From Oligoflexales bacterium (GTDB lineage Bacteria > Bdellovibrionota_B > Oligoflexia > Oligoflexales > RGVZ01), in assembly GCA_044360315.1 (NCBI GenBank), contig JBIKKO010000002.1, forward strand, positions 355 through 64,354: a stretch of DNA of 64,000 nt. The letters are read 5' to 3'. The notes under the pieces were generated by a model that had not been told where the DNA came from, did not search any database, and saw nothing but the letters and a program-made list of their open reading frames with translations. Positions 46,153-55,835 of this stretch are shown piece by piece. A program made the position numbers and the translations under genes. Position 1 is the stretch's first letter, and every line of letters begins with the position of its first letter.

Positions 46153-46797
46153 ATGATTTGTACCTTTTGCCAACGCGTATCTCCAGTTCCGAAGGCTCTG
46201 CCGTCAATCTGTCTTCGGTGTGAACATGAGATCGCTTCGTTACAACGTGATCGCACTGTTGAAGTGAGTGGTCGGCCCGTTCGCATGCTGTACCAATACG
46301 AGGGCCTGATCAGGTCGCTGGTCATTCGGGCAAAGGTAACAAACGATGCTGTCGCAGCTGGATTTGTCGTTCGCTATATCATGACAGCGTGGCAGAGGGA
46401 TCAGAAGGACGAAGACTTAAGGTTAGTGATTCCCGCTCCCCCAAGTTTTTGGGGACGAATTCGCGGACGCATCGATCTAGCGGAGCTTGTAGCTTGGTCG
46501 TTTGGAAGCCTTGGCCATCCAGTCCTGTCTGTGATACCGGGGGGGCCCCTTCGGTCGAAGCGTGCTGGTCGCAACACTTTAATTGATAGAAAATTTTTAA
46601 AAACAGATTTTTTTAATAAAAACATATTTTATTTTAATGAGAAGCGTCGCTCCCAGGCTTTAATTTCTCGCTACAAGCAAATTCTTGTGGTTGACGACGT
46701 TCTAACAACGGGTTTGACTATGGGGTCAGTTTTTAACCAGCTTGAAGAGCTTGGGGCCCAATCCGTTGCTGGGTTGGTATTCGCATCGTCGTCTTAG
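46153..46797 (+). CDS. comF: ComF family protein (phosphoribosyltransferase-like, ComFC)
   Basis: N-terminal CxxC...CxxC (MICTFCQ..CLRCEH), ARVTND-like RAKVTND, and C-terminal PRTase motif ILVVDDVLTTGLT. The start choice is uncertain (46084/46153). Confidence 0.8.
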   Translation: MICTFCQRVSPVPKALPSICLRCEHEIASLQRDRTVEVSGRPVRMLYQYEGLIRSLVIRAKVTNDAVAAGFVVRYIMTAWQRDQKDEDLRLVIPAPPSFWGRIRGRIDLAELVAWSFGSLGHPVLSVIPGGPLRSKRAGRNTLIDRKFLKTDFFNKNIFYFNEKRRSQALISRYKQILVVDDVLTTGLTMGSVFNQLEELGAQSVAGLVFASSS

Positions 46798-46863
46798 AGT
46801 AGATGGTGACCCGTGTTCCGCACTTCAAGTTCTTTTTAGACCCACAGGTTAGTGAGGGGCGCT

Positions 46864-49614
46864 ATGTCTACCGATCGCACTAAGTTAACACCAATGCTTC
46901 GCCAATACTTCGACATCAAAGAAACAGTCGGTGATGCAATTTTATTTTTTCGTATGGGTGATTTCTTTGAAATTTTCGGTAGTGATGCGGAAGAGGTTGC
47001 GCCAAAGATTGAGGTTGTGCTGACTAGTCGCGAAAAGGGTGATGGAGCTAAAATTCCGTTTTGTGGTGTTCCCCATCATAGTGCGAAGGGTTATTGGTTA
47101 CGGTTAATAAAGCTAGGCTACAAAGTCGCAATATGCGAGCAGCTCGAAGACGCCGCAGAGGCGAAAGGGCTCGTTAAACGAGGCGTTACTCGTGTTTACA
47201 CACCAGGAAGCATTGATGAGCTTGAGGGACTTGAACAGGAGAATCCCAATTATCTTTTGGCATGGACCGATGTTCCGGGCCACGGTGAAGAGGTGATGGC
47301 TGCTATCGACGTCTCTACCGGTGAGTTTAGATTAGGATCGGTGGGTCGAGGTGAACTTCTTCGTTACGTGCGGCAATTTAAACCTAGTGAATTGCTCGTG
47401 AGGCGATATGCTCTCCCGCAGGTGCAGAAAGTCCTGGAACCCTGGGTGCGAGAGCATCAATTGCGCATTGATGTATTGCCTGAAGCGCCTCTAAAAGATG
47501 AGGATCTACAAAGAGAGACTCTTGACAAGGTATTCGGTGCAAGTGATCTGCGAAGTCAAGGATGTGGTCAGGTGGTTGGCGGCGAGGCGATCGTCACGGC
47601 GATTGTTAGCTATATTCAATCACTCGGGGCATCTATTGGTCAGTTTATGCGGATAATGCCTCTGAATGAGCCAGAGTCGGTGGCCTTATCTGAAACTGTA
47701 CTTCGCGATTTGGAAGTTTTTGAGACAAGCCGTCGGCGACAAACCGACGGTAGTCTGGCGCGAGTTATTGATCGAACATTGTCGCCAATGGGATCAAGAG
47801 CTTTGCGATATGCTTTGGCTCATCCATTAGTGCACAAAGGGGCGATTACCAAGCGTCACGACGCCGTCGAGGCATTTGTTAAATCTGGAGAGGAAAACTT
47901 CAATAAGCTTCGAGGTGAATTGAAAAACACTCCAGACCTGGCCCGACTGACGACGCGCATTGTTGCGGGATCTGTCAGTCCACATGAGTTGGCGATGGTG
48001 AGAAATTCACTGGCTAAAGCCAATGCGATTTCGCCGTTGCTTTTATCGTTTGATGAAACGACGGATTCTCTTAAGTCTTTGGCTGAAGGTTTAGTTTCTG
48101 CCGGAACGGTATTGGCAATACTTGCTGATGTTATGGTTGATAGTCCAGAGGGATTAGGCACCGGGAGAGGGGTTTTTCGCTCTGGATTTGACGCGTTTCT
48201 TGACGAGAAGAATCAGTTGGCCGTAAGTGGCGAAGAAAAGGTAGCGGCTTACGAGGAAGGTCTTCGCCAGAAAACTGGAATCACAAGTTTAAAGGTGAAG
48301 TCACATAAGAGTTTTGGCTTACTGTTAGAGGTGACGAAGTCAAACGTAGGTCGAGTGCCAGATTACTTTATTCGACGCCAGACCATGACTAACGGCGAGC
48401 GCTATACAACGGTTGATCTGAAGGAGTTGGACGAAGAGCTCGCCAGTGCAAATGATCAGGCTGTACAGCGCGAGGTGAGGCTTTATCAGGAGCTTTTAGA
48501 AAGGCTCAAGGTGCATCGAGAAAGTCTTATGCAGGTTGCAAAGGCTCTTGGTGAGCTAGATATGCTGCAAAGTTTCGCTTGGCTTGCTCTCAAAGAGGGG
48601 TACGCAAAGCCTATTATGACAGAAAACCCTCGTCGTTTGACGCTTAAGTCCTGCCGGCACCCAGTAGTTGAAAAGTTCGTTGGTCGTCATGAGTTTGTTC
48701 CTAATGATGTTTTGATGAATGATGGGAAAAGGCTTCTTTTGATAACGGGGCCAAATATGGCTGGGAAGTCAACCATCATGCGTCAGACAGCGATTGCGGC
48801 CATCTTATGCCAAGCGGGATCTTGGGTTCCAGCATCTGAGGCCGAGATGCCTGTGTTTGATCGTATTTTTACCAGGGTTGGAGCAAGTGATGATCTCAGC
48901 CGGGGTCAATCGACTTTCATGGTGGAAATGAGTGAGGCCGCTGAAATTTTGCGGCAAGCAAGTGCCAGGAGTTTGGTGATTTTGGATGAAGTCGGGCGGG
49001 GCACATCAACAACAGACGGATTGGCCATTGCGGCGGCTATCATGGAGGATTTATCTGATCGCATCTGTTGTTTCACTTTGTTTGCAACGCATTATCACGA
49101 GCTTGTGTCGATGATGGAGACGCGAAAGTGTGTTGTCCCGGTTCAGACTGAGGTCATCGATAAACAGGGCAGGATTGCTTTTTCTCATCGCCTGATTGCA
49201 GGGGCGTCAACAAGCTCCTTTGGTATTGAAGTTGCGAAGTTAGCTGGGGTGCCGAGTCATGTGATTGACCTGGCAAATGCTCGTTTGAGCCAAGGTGATC
49301 TGCCTGCTTTACGTAAAGAAACATTGCGTGACCACGCTAGTTCTGGTGCATCAGTAAAAGACACCTCACCAGCCAAGGCATTATCTAAGGTTCAAAAAGG
49401 ACTATTTGGCCTGGGCCACGACGACGAATCCGATGCGCTTGGGGTTCATTCGGCCGGTGAGCAGGTGTTTAATCGCGTCCTATCTAGATTGGAAACCGTT
49501 AAAATTCACAAAACAACACCTCTTCAAGCCTTGAATATTCTTAATGAACTTAAGTCGATGTTAGTTCCGGTGCAGCAGCGGACTTTGTTTGATGATGATG
49601 TGACCATATCTTAG
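46864..49614 (+). CDS. mutS: DNA mismatch repair protein MutS
   Basis: TPMLRQYFDIK..ILFFRMGDFFEIF, Walker A GPNMAGKST, STFMVEM, DEVGRGTST. Start at ATG 46864 after GAGGGG. Confidence 0.95.
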   Translation: MSTDRTKLTPMLRQYFDIKETVGDAILFFRMGDFFEIFGSDAEEVAPKIEVVLTSREKGDGAKIPFCGVPHHSAKGYWLRLIKLGYKVAICEQLEDAAEAKGLVKRGVTRVYTPGSIDELEGLEQENPNYLLAWTDVPGHGEEVMAAIDVSTGEFRLGSVGRGELLRYVRQFKPSELLVRRYALPQVQKVLEPWVREHQLRIDVLPEAPLKDEDLQRETLDKVFGASDLRSQGCGQVVGGEAIVTAIVSYIQSLGASIGQFMRIMPLNEPESVALSETVLRDLEVFETSRRRQTDGSLARVIDRTLSPMGSRALRYALAHPLVHKGAITKRHDAVEAFVKSGEENFNKLRGELKNTPDLARLTTRIVAGSVSPHELAMVRNSLAKANAISPLLLSFDETTDSLKSLAEGLVSAGTVLAILADVMVDSPEGLGTGRGVFRSGFDAFLDEKNQLAVSGEEKVAAYEEGLRQKTGITSLKVKSHKSFGLLLEVTKSNVGRVPDYFIRRQTMTNGERYTTVDLKELDEELASANDQAVQREVRLYQELLERLKVHRESLMQVAKALGELDMLQSFAWLALKEGYAKPIMTENPRRLTLKSCRHPVVEKFVGRHEFVPNDVLMNDGKRLLLITGPNMAGKSTIMRQTAIAAILCQAGSWVPASEAEMPVFDRIFTRVGASDDLSRGQSTFMVEMSEAAEILRQASARSLVILDEVGRGTSTTDGLAIAAAIMEDLSDRICCFTLFATHYHELVSMMETRKCVVPVQTEVIDKQGRIAFSHRLIAGASTSSFGIEVAKLAGVPSHVIDLANARLSQGDLPALRKETLRDHASSGASVKDTSPAKALSKVQKGLFGLGHDDESDALGVHSAGEQVFNRVLSRLETVKIHKTTPLQALNILNELKSMLVPVQQRTLFDDDVTIS

Positions 49615-49737
49615 TTGCATTTTTGGGTCTCAGTTTACTTGCCAATCGCGATTTGCATGGATATAGTATTTTTCAAGGTTTTTAGCCGTAATTTTTGCGG
49701 TTTAGGGTCTAATCACTGAGTGACAAGGAAAGCAACA

Positions 49738-50583
49738 ATGGCCAAGGCTAAAGTCAAGAAACCTGCACCGAAATCGAAACCTGCTGCAAAAAAGCCAGCA
49801 CCGGCCAAGAAGACGGCTCCTGTTAAGAAATCTGCACCCGCTAAGAAACCACCACCCCCAGCTAAGCAAGCCCCTGCTAAAAAGGTGACGCCGGCCAAAA
49901 AAGCCCCAGCTCCTGTGGCTGTTGCAAAGCCAAAAACGACCAATACGGCTCCTGTTCCGCAAAAAAAGAGCACCGCGCCGGCGAAGCCAGTTAAAGCGTC
50001 AGCGCAAACATCAAGCGTGATTCAGGCTCCATCGGCCGCTAACGCACCCAAGCTAACTCCTGTGGCCAAGCAAGTTAAGCCCCTTCCAATTCCATCTGAG
50101 GTTTTAAAACTTAAGGATAAGCCAGCTGCGTCAAACGACTCGAGCACGGCGCAGGAGAAACGAGAGATTCACCAAAGTGATATTTTCTCGGAGGACGAGC
50201 TTCGCATGTTTCTCGACGCGCTTAAGAAGGAGCGCGCATCGTTGCTTGAAAAGGCTAGAGCAGCTGTGGATGCAGGTAACATCGCTTTGGATAAAGATGA
50301 AATGTACGATGAAGTCGATTTGGCGTCAGCCACAGTCGATCAAAATCTGACGTTTCGCCTGTTAGATCGGGACCGTAAGCTTTTAAATGAAATCGACCAT
50401 GCAATTCAAAAAATTCAGACAGGCGAGTTTGGGTATTGCGAAGGAACTGGTGAGCCCATTCCAAAGCGTCGTCTCGAGTTAAGGCCCTGGTGCCGTCACA
50501 GTGTAAAGTATAAGGAACAGCTAGAAAGACTGGAGAAGTCAGGCCGAGGGGTCGTTGACGAAGATGCAGAGTTGTTGGATTAA
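49738..50583 (+). CDS. DksA/TraR-family protein with ~150-aa Lys/Ala/Pro-rich (histone H1/AlgP-like) N-terminal extension and a 2-Cys finger
   Basis: N-terminus KAKVKKPAPKSKPAAKKPAPAKKTAPVKKSAPAKKPPPPAKQAPAKKVTPAKK... . The C-terminus has the DksA coiled coil with DEVDLAS (DxxDxA tip), RDRKLLNEIDHAIQKIQTGEFGYC, and finger C-x2-T-x14-C-x2-S. Confidence 0.8.
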   Translation: MAKAKVKKPAPKSKPAAKKPAPAKKTAPVKKSAPAKKPPPPAKQAPAKKVTPAKKAPAPVAVAKPKTTNTAPVPQKKSTAPAKPVKASAQTSSVIQAPSAANAPKLTPVAKQVKPLPIPSEVLKLKDKPAASNDSSTAQEKREIHQSDIFSEDELRMFLDALKKERASLLEKARAAVDAGNIALDKDEMYDEVDLASATVDQNLTFRLLDRDRKLLNEIDHAIQKIQTGEFGYCEGTGEPIPKRRLELRPWCRHSVKYKEQLERLEKSGRGVVDEDAELLD

Positions 50584-50602
50584 GAGTCCACAATCGATCA
50601 AA

Positions 50603-50633
50603 AAGGCAATGATATCATTGCCTTTTTTGTTTT
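50603..50633 (+). terminator. Rho-independent terminator after the DksA-like gene
   Basis: AAGGCAATG-atat-CATTGCCTT followed by TTTTGTTTT. Confidence 0.85.
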
Positions 50634-50840
50634 ATAGCGTGTCCCAAAAAAGTCTTAAATTATGCCTGCTCTTGAGCTTGCTGGTTATATTGAGGCTCCA
50701 TGAGTCACCCCGAGGGTTGCCTCCATAAAATCCGGCGGTCCCTTTCGTTATCTGTTGACTATAGTTTGGACAAGTCTGTATAAGGAGCGCCCAACGTCCA
50801 GCTTTCATAGAATGATTTTTGATTTCGAGAGGCTAGCCCC

Positions 50841-52016
50841 ATGACCCTATTTGATATGATCGCTATCACCCCGGAAGAGACGAAAGACGTGGTGGCTGCG
50901 GAACTCCAGGCTTTAGGGGCCACTGCAATCGAGGAAAAGTATAAAGCCGTCCACTTCAAATGTGACGAGAATGTTTTTTATGAGGCCCATCTTAGGCTTC
51001 GTTCTGCATCCCGTTTGCTGCGCGTCATTAAAGACTTTTCGGCGAAAGACGAACGGATGCTTTACGATCAAGCGCGTCGTATCAATTGGCGGATTTGGTT
51101 TGACGAAAAAAAGACATTCGTTATTGAAGGCGTACCTGGCGACCGCGGCGACGGCGTTATGACGGCCAACACAATTTCAAAGCGAATCCGCGAAGCACTG
51201 CAATCTTGGTTTGTAGAAAAGGCTGGGCAGAGACCCGTAGTCGATCTTGAAGCTCCCGATGTAACGTTGGTTGCGTTTGTGCGTGCTGGTCGCTGTATAT
51301 TGAGTGTGGATACTTCGGGTAAATCTATGCATAAGCGCGGCTATCGAGCTGATAATCATCCCGCTCCGATTAAAGAAACGATGGCCGCAGCGATGCTTTT
51401 AAAGCTTGGCTATACGGGAGACACGCCGATATATGATCCTATGTGTGGTAGCGGAACCATTGCTATAGAGGCTGCGTCAATGGCTTTGGGTAAGGCAGCC
51501 CTGATTCACCGCAAGAAGGGTGAGTTTGGTTTTGAGAGCCTTTCCTTCTTCGATCCTAAACTTTGGAAAACTGTGCAGGATCGAGCTCGTGAGGAAAAGC
51601 GCGAGGACCTGAGCTTTGGAGTTTATGCCTCTGATATTAGTGCAAGGTACTTGGAGGCGGCCCGTGACAATGCTCTTCGAGCGCGCGTAGAGAAGTTCAT
51701 GACCTTCTCGAAATGTGATTTTTTTGAGTCTACGCCGCCAACGTCGTCTGGGCTCTTGGTGATGAATCTACCGTACGGTGAGCGAATCAAGGGTGAGTTT
51801 TCAGGTGATGATGAAAGTTTTTTCAAGGCAATCGGTGATAAACTTAAACGAGATTATGTGGGATGGCGTGCTGGTGTTCTAGCGGCGGAAGAGTCTCCTT
51901 GGAAGTTTATTGGTTTAAAACCATCGCGTAAAATCAAATTGCTAAATGGGAGTATTCCCGTCCGTCTTCTGGTGTTTGATATGTATCGAGGTACAAAAAA
52001 GACCCCTCAGTCATAA
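50841..52016 (+). CDS. THUMP-domain RNA methyltransferase (RlmL/RlmK N-terminal-module-like, m2G type)
   Basis: THUMP region ..SASRLLRVI.., HKRGYR, APIKETMAAAML, DPMCGSGTIAIEAA (motif I), and NLPYGERI (D/NPPY-type motif IV). Confidence 0.85.
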   Translation: MTLFDMIAITPEETKDVVAAELQALGATAIEEKYKAVHFKCDENVFYEAHLRLRSASRLLRVIKDFSAKDERMLYDQARRINWRIWFDEKKTFVIEGVPGDRGDGVMTANTISKRIREALQSWFVEKAGQRPVVDLEAPDVTLVAFVRAGRCILSVDTSGKSMHKRGYRADNHPAPIKETMAAAMLLKLGYTGDTPIYDPMCGSGTIAIEAASMALGKAALIHRKKGEFGFESLSFFDPKLWKTVQDRAREEKREDLSFGVYASDISARYLEAARDNALRARVEKFMTFSKCDFFESTPPTSSGLLVMNLPYGERIKGEFSGDDESFFKAIGDKLKRDYVGWRAGVLAAEESPWKFIGLKPSRKIKLLNGSIPVRLLVFDMYRGTKKTPQS

Positions 52017-52165
52017 CGCGTCTGCCGTGTCCATAGAATTCGTAGGTGACATCACTTTAGGCCCCGGTATCATTGGGTTCTCAATTAGTTTGTAAACAAG
52101 ACACGCAGGGTGTTCGAGAAGAACGGCGCAGATCGTCTTTACTGTTGCGTGACCATGTGCGCTGT

Positions 52166-52781
52166 CTAAATCAGTTGTGCAGGAAATGCTTCGTAGTCAC
52201 AGACCTGGATGTTTTCATTTTTGTAGTATCGGTGATACGGTGCCGCCGTCACTAGGTGAAAGTTATGTTGGGTTTTAAGTTGATCTCGAAATCGCGCAAC
52301 GGTTGGATTCATCGCCTTGCTGTTACTTTTGCATTCCACAAGCATCCATGGACGTTTATCGCGGGTGAGCAAAAAATCGACTTCTTTGCCGTCCTTGCTG
52401 CGAATAAAGAAAAGCCCGAAGTTGCCTTGGGCGGTATCGGTCCAAAAGTGGCAGGCTTTGAGAAGATGCAGAGCGGTCAAGTTTTCTAGCCGTTTCGAGG
52501 GATCCTCGATCCCTAGGATATCAAAAAAGTGAAGCGTGAAGCATTTGGGATTCCAATGTGTCAAAGAGTCCCTTGATACGTTGTTTCCATCGCTTATCGT
52601 TGTGAATTTTGTCAAAAACAATCGGCCCATCGCCGCACGAAGGCAAAAGTAGTTCCGGGTCTTTTGACCAGATCATCCGAAATCGGGCTTGGTCCCAGTT
52701 GAAGTAGTTCCGGCTGTCAATTGGCAAAGTCTTTGCAAGAGTGGTTTTCCCCACTTGATAGGGTCCAGACACAAAAGCCAT
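52166..52781 (-). pseudogene. AAA+ ATPase (COG1373/DUF4143 family) remnant, frameshifted and shortened
   Basis: 52781-52521 encodes ..SGPYQVGKTTLAK (Walker A) and ..IVFDKIH. A second overlapping frame (52630-52166) encodes the DUF4143-like C-terminus (..LLKACHFW..EVDFLL..PWMLVECKSN). There is a TAG ~20 codons upstream of the ATG. The total is ~205 codons versus ~400 typical. Confidence 0.65.
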
Positions 52782-53121
52782 CTTACCTGAAGCAAAAGGG
52801 TCATCTTTAATGCACTGATATATATCTTTTCTTAAAAATTGACCCTACTGAGATCTGGCCGCGGCTAATTATCAGCGTGCGGAATAAATAACTAAGCGCA
52901 AGCTAGGCCTGATACAATGCGCGGCTGTCTTATTAAGCGCGGCGAATGCTGCATCAGAAAGCAGCTATGCATAAGTCGCACTTGTGAAAAATTCGATCTA
53001 ACGAGTGTACATTCAGATAACGAAAAAAAGTTTGATTACACCCCTTATCTGGTAAGTCGGATTTTAACGACAGCATATTTATCGTCAATGTCCTACTTTC
53101 GTGGAGTCTATATCCGATTTA

Positions 53122-53394
53122 TTAGACCCAGGAACCATCAAAGGTAACTTGACGTTTCGAAGAGTTTTTCTCAGCAGAATTTGCTTTCATTGGCTGAAAA
53201 TTATGGGACTTGTGGGATGATCCTGTTGTTGTCCAAGTTCGCTCAAACTTCATCGCTTGTTCAGCTCGAATCTTCGCAACAAATTTTGAGCAACAGATTT
53301 TGCAGGAAAGGTCCGGATTTTGCTCCCCTGTGTATTGGGGATGCCGGATGCAAACTAAGTTTGAATAGCTATTTATATCACTACTGCTAGACAT
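53122..53394 (-). CDS. Small hypothetical Cys-containing protein
   Basis: ATG 53394 lies 5 nt after GGAGG. Sequence MSSSSDINSYSNLVCIRHPQYTGEQNPDLSCKICCSKF... . No family recognised. Confidence 0.45.
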   Translation of the reverse strand: MSSSSDINSYSNLVCIRHPQYTGEQNPDLSCKICCSKFVAKIRAEQAMKFERTWTTTGSSHKSHNFQPMKANSAEKNSSKRQVTFDGSWV

Positions 53395-53465
53395 ACGATC
53401 CTCCGCCGCAACTAGGGGCTTGCCTCCCTTCTTATGAAGCATAGGACGTGCCAGCGAGTGGCTTT

Positions 53466-55082
53466 TTAAACAACCTTATATTTCAGGGGGTTACTTGAGT
53501 CCGATGACTGATGACGTGTCAAATTTACTAACACTTTGCTCATCAATTCGGCGTTTGAGCCAAGGAGAGCATCAAAATCCGGTGCAGTCAGAACGAGCGT
53601 ACGACTTTCGTTTTCAGCGGTCCAAGTGACAGGCCCCTCAGACGACAAAGCAAGTTCTGGTGTGAGCCAATCGCCAGCCGTGCAGTGTCCATGACCCGAA
53701 GTAAATTCGCCACGGACGACGTAGACCAAGAATGAGCTGGGTGCCCCGCTTTGGATGATGCCTCGCTTACTGATGTTGATGACTTTAAACCCGCTGACAA
53801 TGGCCGATCTCTCGTAATCTGGAATCATATCGAACAGCCAGCTTGATTTTAGCATGTCTCTTTCATCAATATCATCATTGATAGCACGATCCTCGGGTCG
53901 TCTTTCGATGGCTTGACTCGTATTTGTTTGCGACGGTACGAGATTTTCGTTTTCAATTTTATTTGACCCAGTATCGATATAGAAATTGCCGCGGAACGGT
54001 GTCTTAATCAATTTCGGGGTGGTTATTTTGGAGTGGTTATTACCTCGTTGGCCTGCATTCATTCTAGGTTTTTCCTTGCCAAGACGCTCACGACAATACC
54101 GGGCGCGGTCTGTTTCTCCTGCCTTTTCAAAGGCAGAGCAAGCATTCTCAAAGTCATCCATTTGTTCATAAAGCATTGCAGCGAATCGATCAGCAGATAT
54201 GTCGGTAAGAATCTTGGCCAATGACCGGGCCTCGGGTGACTGGATATTAACATCACGAACCAATAACGGGATGATGTGATCAGGAGCATCGCGAAGTAAC
54301 AGTACCGCTAGACTTTCATATCCTTCGGAGATAGCCCGCAAACTCAAAGAATTAATTTTGTTGCTACGTGCGATCAACTTGATGATCCCGGGATTTTGTA
54401 TACCTGACTTAGCCAATACATACAAAGTTTCGACTTCGTCCGCTGTCGGTGTCTGGCCCTTTAGAAGTGATAAGTTGTTGCCAATTTCCTTCCAGCACTT
54501 TATCGTATGTTTTTGCTTACCTGCTTTTGTCCAGGCTCGTGATGCTTCTAGCCAACGCCCAGCGTGTTCGAAACATTCAGCTGCACTTTCGAACATGTTC
54601 TCCTTGAGAAACAGGTCTGCTGCTTCAAAATAATTTCCAGCCTCTCGCATACAGGCTGCTGCATCAGCAAGGTTGCCTGACTGGATGAAGCATTGTGCGG
54701 CTTCCTTCCAACGGCCGTTTCGGCTGTATATCACGCCGGCCCGGGCCGGTCTTTGCATGCGCATCAAAATACTGGCAGCTTCATCGATGAACTTGCCTTT
54801 CTCTAGCGCTGTGATGGCGTCACGCTGCAGGCCAATTTGCTCGAGCATCTGGGCACCCTGACGAATTTGGCCTTTAACAATTAGCCGTTTTGCTCGAGAT
54901 CTAATTTTCTCTTCTTGGGGACTAAGTATGCGAAGATCAGAGGCGCGTGATACCGCATTGGGGCCGCGGTACTTAGTTGTACCTCTGTACTTCGTACCAC
55001 GCTGATTGAGGCGCCATAGTACATATGTGCCCGCGGAAATCACGAGTAGGAGAGCGATCACAATAATTTGCTGATCTTTCAA
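53466..55082 (-). CDS. Membrane-anchored helical-repeat (TPR/SNAP-like) protein with C-terminal cNMP-binding-like beta-roll
   Basis: N-terminal TM helix (IIVIALLLVISAGTYVLW). Repeated ..G.W.EAA.CF...G....AA motifs. The C-terminus LFDMIPDYERSAIVSGFKVINISKRGIIQSG..SSFLVYVVRGEF...GDWLTPELAL....TWTA...LVLTAPDFDALL has a Crp/cNMP-domain-like pattern without the phosphate-binding Arg. Confidence 0.6.
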   Translation of the reverse strand: MKDQQIIVIALLLVISAGTYVLWRLNQRGTKYRGTTKYRGPNAVSRASDLRILSPQEEKIRSRAKRLIVKGQIRQGAQMLEQIGLQRDAITALEKGKFIDEAASILMRMQRPARAGVIYSRNGRWKEAAQCFIQSGNLADAAACMREAGNYFEAADLFLKENMFESAAECFEHAGRWLEASRAWTKAGKQKHTIKCWKEIGNNLSLLKGQTPTADEVETLYVLAKSGIQNPGIIKLIARSNKINSLSLRAISEGYESLAVLLLRDAPDHIIPLLVRDVNIQSPEARSLAKILTDISADRFAAMLYEQMDDFENACSAFEKAGETDRARYCRERLGKEKPRMNAGQRGNNHSKITTPKLIKTPFRGNFYIDTGSNKIENENLVPSQTNTSQAIERRPEDRAINDDIDERDMLKSSWLFDMIPDYERSAIVSGFKVINISKRGIIQSGAPSSFLVYVVRGEFTSGHGHCTAGDWLTPELALSSEGPVTWTAENESRTLVLTAPDFDALLGSNAELMSKVLVNLTRHQSSDSSNPLKYKVV

Positions 55083-55098
55083 AATATACCTTCAAATT

Positions 55099-55689
55099 TC
55101 AAATTTTATAGGAAATTCCAACCTGCGTATTAGAGTCAAGAGTTCGACGTAATTCACCACCAGGGACAATGGAATACCCGTTTGACATGGTGTACGTTGT
55201 CTTAAGGGAAAAGGCTTGACTAAGGCGAACTTCAAAGCCCACCCCACCTTGAGGTCCGTCCGACGGATATGAGTAGGAGATGATTGAACCTTTAGCATCC
55301 TTAATGCTTGTCGAGTACATTTTGCGCACATATCCAGCAAAAATGAACGGTGTAAACACGTCCCCTGAATATAGAATCAGGATCAAGTCCATTGCATTAG
55401 AAGTCACTACGGCGTTCTTTTCAAAGTAGATGTATTCAGTTCCGGCGGCGTTCGCCTCATAACCGGTTGTGCGGTCAATTTCTTGTTTAACCGAGTAACC
55501 AATACGAGTGTATCCACCAATATCGAACGAGATGCCCACGGAGCCTGTGCCGGAATTTAATTTCTGATAACCAGCGTTTGATTCCTGAACGCTACCGCTC
55601 AAAGACAGATGGATCCCTGCTTGGCTTATGTTCGAATGCGCTAGAGCAAACAACAGAACTAATATCTGGCAAAATGTTCTTGATTTCAT
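55099..55689 (-). CDS. Outer-membrane beta-barrel protein (OmpW/OprF N-domain-like small porin family)
   Basis: Signal peptide CQILVLLFALAHSNISQA. Alternating amphipathic strands with aromatic girdle residues. C-terminal ..NTQVGISYKI. Confidence 0.7.
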   Translation of the reverse strand: MKSRTFCQILVLLFALAHSNISQAGIHLSLSGSVQESNAGYQKLNSGTGSVGISFDIGGYTRIGYSVKQEIDRTTGYEANAAGTEYIYFEKNAVVTSNAMDLILILYSGDVFTPFIFAGYVRKMYSTSIKDAKGSIISYSYPSDGPQGGVGFEVRLSQAFSLKTTYTMSNGYSIVPGGELRRTLDSNTQVGISYKI

Positions 55690-55835
55690 AAATGTTCGCT
55701 CCTCGTTGTGGCTGTGAAGGTCATCGGTTAAATTGCTCTTAAGATTAACTGGATCACTAGCTATTGCCTTTTATCAGCGTCCCTTCTAGTGTAACATAAG
55801 GGTGAATAGTCAAATTTTTGACAGGAGGTAAGTCC

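Noticed and set aside
49702-49973. Two 86-aa minus-strand ORFs (Gly/Ala/Phe-rich and Arg/Cys-rich) antisense to the start of the DksA-like gene
   Set aside because: They are mirror images of the low-complexity AAG/CCN/GCN repeat encoding the K/A/P-rich domain. They have no SD or independent signal. The plus-strand frame continues into a bona fide DksA module.
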